Shown piece by piece: positions 26,203 to 35,498 of a DNA stretch of 64,000 nt (position 1 is the stretch's first letter; each line of letters opens with the position of its first letter). The notes under the pieces were generated by a model, which was not told the DNA's origin, did not search any database, and worked only from the letters and a program-made list of their open reading frames with translations. The stretch lies in IMG/VR virus record IMGVR_UViG_3300029240_000008. One strand, 5' to 3'. This DNA is from a virus. A program made the translations under genes and the position numbers.

Positions 26203-29200
26203 CTACCTTTCAAATAATCCGAATCCATTGCGGTTTCTGAACTGTTCGTTTTCCTCTTGCAAATATCCGACTAAGTGACCATCTGCATAAATTGCCATGC
26301 CTTTGACAGCTTCCCGGATAACCTGTGCGATATTCTGATTGTTGTCGAATGTGTTGTTACTGATTGCAATTACTTCACGGCGAATATCGTCACCAAAAGT
26401 ACCATTCGCAGATACCGGCTTCTGATACATTTTGGCAGTCGGAACAGCCTTTATATTTGCTTCCATTTGTGGGAGCTGAATACCCTGTATAGATGCGCTT
26501 ATATTTCCGATTGTAGACTGTAATGCCGGAATCATGTTCTGCATACCTATCTGAAAGCCCTGCATGGTGTAGCTACCAAGTTCTTCAAATACCTGAGATG
26601 GGCTGTGAATTTTGAGAACTTTGCGGAACGTATTTGATATATTTTGCGCGATTTTTTGCACATTTGCATAAAGCTGTTGTGCCGCGCCTACGATTCCATT
26701 GTTTAAGCCAATAATAGAGTTCCAACCGATATTATACAGGTTTCCAATGGAATTGCTGATTCTGCTTCGGATTCTTCCGAACCATGTGAACGACGCAGAA
26801 AAGCCCGGCTCTAATCCGTTTCGGAATCCTTGACCGCAGTATTCTGCAAGCTGCTTGAACCATCTGGACGGAGAGTGGGAGTCTACTGCTTCCTGCGCAG
26901 GGGCTTTTACGCTGTTATTCATTAGGTCAAGAATCGAAGTCTTTGTGCTTTCTTTCTTCCCGTTAATTCCAGACTGTAATCCCTCTGCAATGTTGCTTCC
27001 AAGGGTTTTACCGCTTGATTTCGCAGTTTCTTCTGCATCTTTTGCAGATGATTGAATTGTTGAGTTAAGCTTTTCAGTGACTTTGCTGCCGTTCTGCTCA
27101 ATCCCACTACCTACGGCAAGAATCTGATTCTTTCCGAGTTCCGTAACTAATTCAAAACCAGAATTGTTATCCAGAACGCCGTTGATTGCCCCCTGCAGAG
27201 TTGAATCCATTGTACTTTGTAGAGTACTTTCATAGTCAGAAATACCTTTTCCAAACTGCACCATCTGTCCGTTTGCTAAAGTATAGTAACCGTTATCATC
27301 CGGTTCTAATCCCTTTGCAATTTCCTGATAAATCTGCAATGCTTTTTCACCGAGAATCTGTTTTCCATTTTCCCAGATACCGCCCATCTCATCAATTGCG
27401 TTTGCCGTATCTGTTACCAGAGTTGCAAAGTCAACGGTCTGGATAAGTGTCTGGAATCCCGTAAGCTGTTCTGAGATATCCTCAAACGACACATTGTTAA
27501 TCCGATCAGCCATATTTGAAAACTGATTAGAGGATGTTTCCGCTGTATCTCCAAGGTCTTTGACTGGTTTGTTTACTCCTGCTATCGCATTCTCGAAATC
27601 TTCGGACGAAATTCCAAGATTATTAAGCTTAAGTTCAAGTTCAAATAACGCCTGTTCTGTGCTATATCCGTTATCTTTTAGCTCGGAAAGGAATGTTAAT
27701 AAAGGATATGCTTGTTCGCCTGAAATCTGGCTTGCGTGAACCAAACCGAGAATAGCATCTTCATACTCCTGAAATACCTTTAAATCGTCCTCTGTCAGTT
27801 TATCTCCGACTCCGAATATATCTTTCATCCATTCGTTGATAGCACCGGTAAAATCTCCTTTTTGATATCCGAATACATTATCTTCCAAAAACTCTCCAAA
27901 AGTTTTATCTTCGCCGCCGAACAGATTGACGCTTATCCATTTTCCAAGGTTGAAACCTGCCATTGCAGTTCCTAAGACAACCATACTGTCTGCGAATCCT
28001 GCTACAAGTGTAGAACCTAGTCCAGAGCCAAAGAATGTCTGCAATGCACCACTGGCTGTGGAAAGAACCGTTCCTAACCCACCGAAGATTGTTCTGAGTG
28101 CACCGATAGAGCTAACTACATTGTATATGTTTCGAGCAAAATTAATGCTCCCTCTTATAATAAAAAACCGTGCTAGAGCTTCGCCAAGAGCTTCTATCTG
28201 CTTATCGTCAAGCTTTCCTAAGGCTTTTGCGAAAGCATCTAAGGCGCTTACTAATGCGTTAATCAGAGGGGCGCCGATATCGTTCAGCATTATATCGAAA
28301 AAGCTGATAAACCCATCTGCGAATCCCTCGGCAAATGGCTGGAATACATCCCATACATCACCGATTGTTTTTATTAACGAATCCCAATTAATATTTTTGA
28401 TGAAATTCACAATTACGTCTTTAAGATTCCCGATTCTTGTCCATAACCCGTCCCAATCAACATCAATCACTCCAAATTTATCAAGTGCGGCAACAGTAAG
28501 ACCAAGTCCTGCCGCTATCGAAGCATATGGATGCGCTGCTAACATGGTGATTCCTTTGCCTATCACTCCTTCTTTACCGAAAATGCCACCGAACCATGTA
28601 AGTCCTTTAAATGCTACAAAAGCTGTCAGGAGCTGACCAAGGAAATAGCCGATAGATTGTGCCTGTTCTGGCGAAAATGTTGCGATAAACTCTTTGAACC
28701 TGTCAACCAGATCAGGAAGTTTATTAACTCCATCTGCCGCCTTGTCAAAAAAATCATCGAAGAAATCAAGTAATCCTGTTCCGACATTCTCAGCAAATGG
28801 CTCTAATACATCCCATAACTGTGCAAGGGAAGCATTGATTTTGTCCCAATTGATCTTTACAAGAAAATCATTGAAAGCATTAATTAATCGCGGTAATCCC
28901 TTTTCTCCTAATGTCCACTTTCCAAGTGGAACTAAAAAGTGTTTCCAGAAATCTTTTAATGCTGTCCATGTGAAATCTCTGAGTTGTTTCAATCCATTGT
29001 TCCAGAGATTTTTTAGTGCTTTTGTGGTAGGTTCTGCGACTTTTGCAAGTTTCTTAAATGTGTCTGTAACTTTATTTGCGAATGCCATAGCCTTATTTTC
29101 CATGGAATTGTAAGCGGCATCCCATTTCTTCTGGTATTCGTTCAAAAGTTTATCCAGTGCATCATTGAGGATTCCTGCGTCAATTGCAGATGTGTCAATT

Positions 29201-32154
29201 TTTGGCGCTTTAATTTTAGAATTTGCAAGGTCAGACAGAGAACTATCGTCTTTGCTCATAATTTCAAGTTCATCATAGGATGCGAGGAACTGTTTTAATT
29301 TTTTTGCGCTCTTAGTCGCATCTTTCAGATTGTTATTTGTATCTTTTGTAGCATCATCTACGTCCGAAATTCCAGAATCGTCTATGGAATCAAGTGCATT
29401 CGAGAGATTTTCACTTCCGCCACCGATAGAACCGAACATTTTTCCGATTTTGGTATCAACTCCAAGAAGCGAACCAATGTATGTCAAAAGTCTCTGGAAT
29501 GCGATTACAAGACCATTGATATATGGCAACACTGCCGCAACTACAGGCATAAAGATGTTCCCTAATGCTCTGGCACAGGATACTAAGTTTGCACGAAGTA
29601 TACGTAACTGGTTGGCTGGCATATTTATCGTATTTGCCATATCCGCCCATGCGTACCGGGTGGAATCCAGTATCACTATTGTTCTCAGCATTGCCTTGCT
29701 TGCTTGGTCCATATTAGAAACAGACGTTTGTATACCAAGATTTGCCGCATATTGCTGTAAGTTTGCCACACGAATGTTTGCACCATATTTGTCTACAGCA
29801 CGGCTCATACCTACTAATCCAGAGGACAAGTTCTCATAAACTGTGCTAAAATCAAGATTCTTAACAGATGCAAGGTCAGCACCGATCATGGTTAATGCAT
29901 TCGACAGTTTTAATGCCTGCTCAGAAGTCGTTCCCATAGATGATGATAACTGCGCAAACTGTCCTTGATAATTCAAGAGCATGGACGGATCCATACCGAG
30001 TGATTTACCTGATTTATTTGCGGTCAAAATCGCATTATCAGAAACATCGAACCCAGACATTTTGGATGTAAGTTCTCTAGCTCTATTACTAAATGAATTT
30101 GCGTAAGCTTCCGCAGAATCATACCCTGCTTCTGACCAAGTCTCTCCCGTTTTATCCGCTACCTGGCGGAATGCTGCTTGAAAGTAGTTGTAATCTTCGA
30201 GAAAATTCATGGAACTTTCAATTGCGCTTCCAAATTTTCCAACAACAAATTTCAACGTCCAGAATTTTGCCACCAGAGACATGATGCTAGGCAAACTTTT
30301 CTTTGCCTTGCTTCCTACACTTCCAACGGCGTTTGCAAGTTTTCTGACCTTTCCTGTAGAAGTACCCGCACCCTGTCCTAATCTGGAAAATGCGCCTGCG
30401 GTAGACCTTGCCGCTCTACCAGCATTTGCCCCAGAATTTGCCAACTGAGCAATGGCCTGCGTCATTTGAATTGTACTGCTACTGATTCTAGGAGCGGTAC
30501 TCATCGTCTGGAAGAATGATTTTAAGCTATTTGCCAGATCATTAAGCTGAGTTGCTGTCTTTCCAGTTTTATCACCTGCATTTGCCAACTGAGATATTGA
30601 CTGAACAAATGTATTAATTGGCTGAGAAATATTGCCTATTTCAGAGAATGAGCCTACGATTTTTTCAAGTTCTTCACCAAGTTTCGGGAGTTTTGATGTA
30701 ACTGCATCAATAGAACCACCGGCATTTGCCAATCTTGCCAGTGAAGAAACAAACCGGTTCACATTGTTTGATACGTCCGGAATACTGCTAAGACCAGATA
30801 ATTCGGAAATCATGTTCTGAATCTTTCCAGACACATCACCTGTGGAGTTTAATGTTTCGTTCAATCTACGGATAGAATTTACAAACGAATTTAATCCACT
30901 ATCTTTCAGATTAAGACTTCCAAGCGTGCTCATGGACTGAGTGAACTGCTGTAACTGGCTGTTTACTGTCGATAAATCCAGACCGTTCAATTTTGCTTCT
31001 ATATTGTTCTTGAGCTCATCCGTATTAATTGAAAGATTTACTTTTACCGGGTCATAGGTAAGCGTGGATGCCTTGTTGATGGCATTTCTAATATCTCTGG
31101 CAATCTTTTCTTCATTAATCTTTACGTCAATTGGAATCTGACCGTTTGCAGACTCCATGGCAGACGCAATGTTCCTCTGGATTGACGCACCGAGTTGCGT
31201 GCCTAACTCATTTACCGAGCTGTACACCCTGTCCGATGCCATTGCCGCATCTGAACCAGACAAAGCCTGAATTGATATTGGTTTGATGGAATCCCTGACT
31301 TTTTTAAGGTTTTCCAGAACGGTTATCAACTGATCTGCGTCGTTGATGGTATTCTTTGGAATCAATGTAGGGAACTTTTCTGATAGTTCTCCCCATGCTG
31401 AGTTAAGGTTAATTCCTTTTGTCGCATCAACTGTGATATTTCCAAGGTATTTCTGCAATAATTCCCTGAACTCGCCTTTTCCGATGTCTACTTTGAGCAT
31501 ATCGGAAACGTAGATTTTTTTGCCCTTGAAATAATTGTAAAAGTCCTGCCACTCTTGTTCTGCACCATCCAGATAACTTCCGAGATTGGATTTTACGACT
31601 TTCCCGCTCTGCTCAATGCTTTTTGCAATATCATCCAGAGTCTTTCCCCAGTCACCGGCTGTGAAGTTTTGTCCGTCAAATGAATTTGTAAGCTGTTGTG
31701 CCAACAAATCTATCTGTCTTTGAAGTTTGGAAGCGGCACCGCCTTTTAATTCAAATGCACTTGCAAGCTGTTTGGACAATGCAGATGCGTCTATTCTGGT
31801 AGTCTCTAAAGATTTCTCAACAGAATATTTCAATTTTTCGGACATATCCGCTGAATTAATCTCTACATTTACTTTGAGATTCTTGTTTTCAAGATTACTC
31901 AAATTCACTTTACTGAGACGTTCGAGCTGTGCGGCCATGCTATTCAACTTACTTGTATCAATACTTTTGATAGATTGCACAGCATAACTGAGAGTACCGA
32001 TAGATTTAGAAAAATTCCTCATCAAGCCTACGCTTTTGGACATTAAGCTGTCTAATCGGTCGAATTTATTGCACAAATCATTGATTGATCTTGACGCACT
32101 GGAAACGTCACTGCCGACTTGTATCGCCAGGGTATCAATCGTATTGTCAGCCAT
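26203..32154 (-). CDS. tail tape measure protein
   Basis: 1983 aa, the largest ORF in the window. It is helical and low-complexity with internal hydrophobic segments. It sits between the chaperone pair and the distal tail genes. Confidence 0.85.
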   Translation of the reverse strand: MADNTIDTLAIQVGSDVSSASRSINDLCNKFDRLDSLMSKSVGLMRNFSKSIGTLSYAVQSIKSIDTSKLNSMAAQLERLSKVNLSNLENKNLKVNVEINSADMSEKLKYSVEKSLETTRIDASALSKQLASAFELKGGAASKLQRQIDLLAQQLTNSFDGQNFTAGDWGKTLDDIAKSIEQSGKVVKSNLGSYLDGAEQEWQDFYNYFKGKKIYVSDMLKVDIGKGEFRELLQKYLGNITVDATKGINLNSAWGELSEKFPTLIPKNTINDADQLITVLENLKKVRDSIKPISIQALSGSDAAMASDRVYSSVNELGTQLGASIQRNIASAMESANGQIPIDVKINEEKIARDIRNAINKASTLTYDPVKVNLSINTDELKNNIEAKLNGLDLSTVNSQLQQFTQSMSTLGSLNLKDSGLNSFVNSIRRLNETLNSTGDVSGKIQNMISELSGLSSIPDVSNNVNRFVSSLARLANAGGSIDAVTSKLPKLGEELEKIVGSFSEIGNISQPINTFVQSISQLANAGDKTGKTATQLNDLANSLKSFFQTMSTAPRISSSTIQMTQAIAQLANSGANAGRAARSTAGAFSRLGQGAGTSTGKVRKLANAVGSVGSKAKKSLPSIMSLVAKFWTLKFVVGKFGSAIESSMNFLEDYNYFQAAFRQVADKTGETWSEAGYDSAEAYANSFSNRARELTSKMSGFDVSDNAILTANKSGKSLGMDPSMLLNYQGQFAQLSSSMGTTSEQALKLSNALTMIGADLASVKNLDFSTVYENLSSGLVGMSRAVDKYGANIRVANLQQYAANLGIQTSVSNMDQASKAMLRTIVILDSTRYAWADMANTINMPANQLRILRANLVSCARALGNIFMPVVAAVLPYINGLVIAFQRLLTYIGSLLGVDTKIGKMFGSIGGGSENLSNALDSIDDSGISDVDDATKDTNNNLKDATKSAKKLKQFLASYDELEIMSKDDSSLSDLANSKIKAPKIDTSAIDAGILNDALDKLLNEYQKKWDAAYNSMENKAMAFANKVTDTFKKLAKVAEPTTKALKNLWNNGLKQLRDFTWTALKDFWKHFLVPLGKWTLGEKGLPRLINAFNDFLVKINWDKINASLAQLWDVLEPFAENVGTGLLDFFDDFFDKAADGVNKLPDLVDRFKEFIATFSPEQAQSIGYFLGQLLTAFVAFKGLTWFGGIFGKEGVIGKGITMLAAHPYASIAAGLGLTVAALDKFGVIDVDWDGLWTRIGNLKDVIVNFIKNINWDSLIKTIGDVWDVFQPFAEGFADGFISFFDIMLNDIGAPLINALVSALDAFAKALGKLDDKQIEALGEALARFFIIRGSINFARNIYNVVSSIGALRTIFGGLGTVLSTASGALQTFFGSGLGSTLVAGFADSMVVLGTAMAGFNLGKWISVNLFGGEDKTFGEFLEDNVFGYQKGDFTGAINEWMKDIFGVGDKLTEDDLKVFQEYEDAILGLVHASQISGEQAYPLLTFLSELKDNGYSTEQALFELELKLNNLGISSEDFENAIAGVNKPVKDLGDTAETSSNQFSNMADRINNVSFEDISEQLTGFQTLIQTVDFATLVTDTANAIDEMGGIWENGKQILGEKALQIYQEIAKGLEPDDNGYYTLANGQMVQFGKGISDYESTLQSTMDSTLQGAINGVLDNNSGFELVTELGKNQILAVGSGIEQNGSKVTEKLNSTIQSSAKDAEETAKSSGKTLGSNIAEGLQSGINGKKESTKTSILDLMNNSVKAPAQEAVDSHSPSRWFKQLAEYCGQGFRNGLEPGFSASFTWFGRIRSRISNSIGNLYNIGWNSIIGLNNGIVGAAQQLYANVQKIAQNISNTFRKVLKIHSPSQVFEELGSYTMQGFQIGMQNMIPALQSTIGNISASIQGIQLPQMEANIKAVPTAKMYQKPVSANGTFGDDIRREVIAISNNTFDNNQNIAQVIREAVKGMAIYADGHLVGYLQEENEQFRNRNGFGLFER

Positions 32155-32279
32155 ATTCTCACTCCCTTCTCAAAAAATATTTATAGTAAAAAAGAGGGGA
32201 CAAAAATGTCCCCTCCATCTGGTTTTCTACAGTTTGAGTTTCACGATTTTAAATCGGAAAACATAATTGTCCCGTTTTT

Positions 32280-32630
32280 TTATTTTTTCTTATATTTCTT
32301 AGAATCCGCAGCAAGCGCATCAAAATAATTAATTGCTTTTTGCAATTCCTTTTCTTTTTTCTCTTCTTCTTCCTCTGCGGTGAGCGGGAAGATTCGAAAC
32401 GGCTTTGCCGGATACTCATATGGTGCTTGACCATTTTTCCTGAACATATTGCATACGGTAGCTTTGAGAGCTTCTACAGTGTACACGCCCTGCATATGTT
32501 CGTGGAAATTCTTTCTGTCCTCAGAAAACTTATATGCTAAATCGTAGCATTCCAGCTCTCTTGGTTCAGAGTCCATAAACTCTGCTTTTGAAACTCCGTT
32601 ATAAATATAGAACGGAAGTAAATCTTCCAT
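32280..32630 (-). CDS. tail assembly chaperone, T part (Gp15-like); also reachable by -1 frameshift from 32663..33091
   Basis: The ORF lies in the -1 frame relative to the upstream chaperone. The connecting frame AAA GTA AAA AAA ATT CAG AAA CCA TTT AGC CGA TAT GTT ATG is open. Confidence 0.6.
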   Translation of the reverse strand: MEDLLPFYIYNGVSKAEFMDSEPRELECYDLAYKFSEDRKNFHEHMQGVYTVEALKATVCNMFRKNGQAPYEYPAKPFRIFPLTAEEEEEKKEKELQKAINYFDALAADSKKYKKK

Positions 32631-32662
32631 AACATATCGGCTAAATGGTTTCTGAATTTTTT

Positions 32663-33091
32663 TTACTTTTTGGCTGGCTTCTCGTGATCCTGTGGTGCTT
32701 TCACTCCATTCTCCATTTCCGGATTCGGATTCTGAAGAATATCGTTTAAAAAACCCGCGTTCATAAGCTCATCGGCAAGAATGCCAAACAACTGTAAGAG
32801 TCCTCTTGGTTCATCGGTTTCTTCATCTTTGTAATCATCCAGTAAATTCCCGATTTCCTGCAATGATTCTGCCGGATTGTATTTTTTAAATCCAACAAAA
32901 AGAAGCTCCCTGATTACGCAGAATAAGTCTTTAGTTCTTCTAATTCCGGAAACGTCTCCATCTGTTTCGATTTCTGCTGATTTAAAAAGCTTTGCCAAGT
33001 CCTGAACTCTTTCCATAAGATCTGTATCGCAGAACGCATTGTAACCAAATTTGATAATATAATCAGTTCCATTAATTGTTAATTTTGTCAT
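32663..33091 (-). CDS. tail assembly chaperone, G part
   Basis: 142-aa acidic protein between the major tail and tape measure genes. It ends CCA GCC AAA AAG TAA, which contains a slippery A-run. Confidence 0.6.
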   Translation of the reverse strand: MTKLTINGTDYIIKFGYNAFCDTDLMERVQDLAKLFKSAEIETDGDVSGIRRTKDLFCVIRELLFVGFKKYNPAESLQEIGNLLDDYKDEETDEPRGLLQLFGILADELMNAGFLNDILQNPNPEMENGVKAPQDHEKPAKK

Positions 33092-33104
33092 ATCATATAT
33101 CCTC

Positions 33105-33151
33105 CCAAATTAAAATAGAAATTCCCGCCATAGATTTGACTCAATGGCGGG
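33105..33151 (-). terminator. intrinsic terminator/attenuator after the major tail gene
   Basis: On the minus strand: CCCGCCAT...ATGGCGGG, an 8-bp stem followed by AATTTCTATTTT. Confidence 0.55.
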
Positions 33152-33158
33152 ATGTTTA

Positions 33159-33671
33159 TCAGCCCCCGAGTGGAGATGGAAAATCTTCATCAGACGGCTC
33201 AATTTTGTCTTCAATCTTGATTTCATCTGAAATTGTTACGTTTGCAGTAACTTCCCATGCTGCATTTACTTCGGCAGATGGAACGCCAAGTCTTGAAGGT
33301 ACAATCGGAATAAACCAAGCCTTTGTAAGGTCTGGATGATAAATTTCCAGCCAAGGTCTTTTGCCTTCTGCTTTGTTCTTGTCCCATGTGCCACAGATGT
33401 TTTCCCAAGTATCAATGAACACCTGAGACATACCAAATGTAAATCCCATGGCTCCCGATAAATCGAGAAGTCCCGGAACGGATGTTTTGTATTTTGTTGC
33501 GTTCAGAGATGTGGTGTCGATAGTATCAGGTTCCGGGTTCATATCCGGAATGGATTTTGGTTTCTGTAAATTGTAATATTTGTCTGTTGGGCGTGTGCCC
33601 GCTATAGTTTCGAATGCAATCGCGACCTTCATGCCAATGGTACTGAGGTCAATCGCTGGTGTTGCTGCCAT
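33159..33671 (-). CDS. major tail protein
   Basis: 170 aa with a strong AAAGGAGCC SD. The gene is bracketed by terminator hairpins and lies upstream of the chaperone pair. Confidence 0.6.
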   Translation of the reverse strand: MAATPAIDLSTIGMKVAIAFETIAGTRPTDKYYNLQKPKSIPDMNPEPDTIDTTSLNATKYKTSVPGLLDLSGAMGFTFGMSQVFIDTWENICGTWDKNKAEGKRPWLEIYHPDLTKAWFIPIVPSRLGVPSAEVNAAWEVTANVTISDEIKIEDKIEPSDEDFPSPLGG

Positions 33672-33707
33672 ATTCGGCTCCTTTCTGCTTTTCAGCTATA
33701 AAATTAC

Positions 33708-33731
33708 AATAAAAAAGAGCCACATGGCTCT
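33708..33731 (-). terminator. intrinsic terminator
   Basis: On the minus strand: AGAGCC-ATGT-GGCTCT followed by TTTTTTATT. Confidence 0.65.
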
Positions 33732-33776
33732 GATGCGTAACCCTGCATCCGGGAGATAAAAGGATCACCGTCCTTT

Positions 33777-33989
33777 CTATTCATCTGTGCCTGTTTTCAG
33801 TTCTGGAAGCCCTGCTACAGATGTAAGCAAGGATAAAACACCGGAAAGAACGGACGCGGATACGACCATCTTCCAGTCAACGCTTCCAAGGACTGTTGCG
33901 GTTCCGATTGTAGCAACTGCTGTCTGAGCAATTGTCTTAACAGCTCTGATTCCCGCAGCTTTCAGCCATTGTAATTTATCTTTACTCAT
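33777..33989 (-). CDS. small two-TM protein, LL-H-type holin-like
   Basis: 70 aa. GIRAVKTIAQTAVATIGTATVLG and VVSASVLSGVLSLLTSVAG are hydrophobic helices. Confidence 0.4.
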   Translation of the reverse strand: MSKDKLQWLKAAGIRAVKTIAQTAVATIGTATVLGSVDWKMVVSASVLSGVLSLLTSVAGLPELKTGTDE

Positions 33990-34031
33990 AGGACACTCTC
34001 CTTTCTTTTTGGTATAAAAAAATAGAAGCTG

Positions 34032-34439
34032 TTACGCTTCCAATAATTGCCCGGTGTAAATTCTACTGTACCGGCTTATGATTCGTTTGAAACTCTTTTC
34101 GGAGTTTGCAACTTCTTCCGGTCCGTATGTTCTTCGGAATCCCATAGAAATCATGGCTTCATGACTCTTACTGTCGATTTCGTACGCTGTTGACAAGGCT
34201 TTTACACCTGATGCGTAGCTCTCAGTTTGAAACGAAAGCACAGTCGCGCATTCACTTCCATCAAGGCTAGATGATTGTGTTGGATTTCCCATCAAAAACA
34301 ACCGGGCATATTTCTTTTTGTCTGTCGCTATTGTCTGACTTTTTTCCATGGAGTAATTGCCTTTGCCGACAAATGCTCCAACAATCTTGCTCCAACGTAA
34401 AAGTGCTTCCTCTACTGGAGGATAGATAACAGTCGGCAT
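34032..34439 (-). CDS. tail completion/terminator-region protein
   Basis: AAAAGGAGGTG SD and an ATG at 34439 (MPTVIYPP). It is the first gene after regulatory cassette B. The call is positional. Confidence 0.45.
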   Translation of the reverse strand: MPTVIYPPVEEALLRWSKIVGAFVGKGNYSMEKSQTIATDKKKYARLFLMGNPTQSSSLDGSECATVLSFQTESYASGVKALSTAYEIDSKSHEAMISMGFRRTYGPEEVANSEKSFKRIISRYSRIYTGQLLEA

Positions 34440-34461
34440 AGGGCACCTCCTTTTGAGCATG

Positions 34462-34554
34462 AAAAAAGCACCCACCGCTCAGGTAGATGCTTTTATATGT
34501 TATAGTATATCAAAGACAGAGGTATTATTCAGTATTATCAGGTATTAACTTTCA
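34462..34554 (-). promoter_or_regulatory. cassette B: 34-nt conserved box + -10 (TGATATACT) + leader terminator hairpin
   Basis: The box at 34521..34554 is identical to 50056..50089. The -10 TATACT lies at 34504..34509, exactly 11 nt after the box. The hairpin plus U-tract lies at 34462..34494. Confidence 0.6.
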
Positions 34555-35079
34555 TGATGCAAACACTTCTTTTGCAATTTTCCTAATACTCTGCATGATT
34601 TTCACGCTTGCCTTATATACCGGCATAGTGGCTTCGGTACCATAAGAGCGTACCCATTCGCCAGAATCGGCAAAATAAACCCACGATTCATTCTTTCCGT
34701 TTCCTTGCCCGTATGAACCGATTGTATATCCAAATTCTTGCCCTTTGGGATGTAGACTGGTTCCTGCAGGAGTGTTATACGAAATACCCGCTCCGAACTC
34801 AATGAATAAAAGGTCAGAGCCTTCGCACACAAGTGTTGCCTGAGAATAGCCACCAAAGTTATTGATTCTGATATAGGTATTATGATTTTTGTCAGAATCG
34901 CCTTGTGCCAATGCTATGTTTTCATCTATGACCGGGATTCCAAGTTCTGCCAGCCTGCGGACAAACTCTTCATTCTTGCTTGCAAGTGACTTCTGGTACG
35001 CTCTGAGCTGCTTTATTGTGTCCTGTATAGATTTATGCGACAATTCCATTTTGATAGTCTTATTCGCCATCTGAGCCAT
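34552..35079 (-). CDS. head-tail region structural protein
   Basis: 175-aa ORF overlapping the upstream gene. The call is positional; an HK97 gp10-like role is possible. Confidence 0.5.
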   Translation of the reverse strand: MAQMANKTIKMELSHKSIQDTIKQLRAYQKSLASKNEEFVRRLAELGIPVIDENIALAQGDSDKNHNTYIRINNFGGYSQATLVCEGSDLLFIEFGAGISYNTPAGTSLHPKGQEFGYTIGSYGQGNGKNESWVYFADSGEWVRSYGTEATMPVYKASVKIMQSIRKIAKEVFAS

Positions 35080-35458
35080 CTCCTATATACTTGATGCCAT
35101 ATCGTGCCACATTGCCTTTCTGGGTGTCGAGAATCTTTTTCAGACGGTAATCTGGCGGTACTGTAGGTTCTCCGCCTTCACCTAAAACAAGTTCTCCTGC
35201 TTCGGTCAGTTCCGGTTTGCAGTCTATCCAGAATACATCGGCAGTCTGTGGCTTGAAGTTGCGGTCGAAGTTTGTGATATACCTGTCATAATCCGGGATA
35301 TAACCGGCGGATAATTCCTCTGGCGTTCCGGCAGTCGCAGATACGGACAGGTGATGTGGTTCTGGTTTTTGGTATGCTTTGATTGTGTCTATCCCGTCAA
35401 GTCCTTCAGTCACCCTTGACCAATACACTGTCTGTTTTTGACGTTTCAATCCTCTCAT
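35060..35458 (-). CDS. head-tail region structural protein
   Basis: AAGGGAGAAATCGCC SD and an ATG at 35458 (MRGLKRQKQTVYW). Confidence 0.5.
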   Translation of the reverse strand: MRGLKRQKQTVYWSRVTEGLDGIDTIKAYQKPEPHHLSVSATAGTPEELSAGYIPDYDRYITNFDRNFKPQTADVFWIDCKPELTEAGELVLGEGGEPTVPPDYRLKKILDTQKGNVARYGIKYIGDGSDGE

Positions 35459-35498
35459 GGCGATTTCTCCCTTCAAAAAGAGTCTTTTTATTTTAATC

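Noticed and set aside
26275-32266. Numerous plus-strand ORFs of 60-236 aa (for example 27926..28636, 29330..29839, 28694..29113) opposite the tape measure gene.
   Set aside because: They are shadow ORFs of a long, compositionally biased minus-strand gene. They have no SD sequences and low-complexity products, and the whole interval is covered by one 1983-aa ORF.
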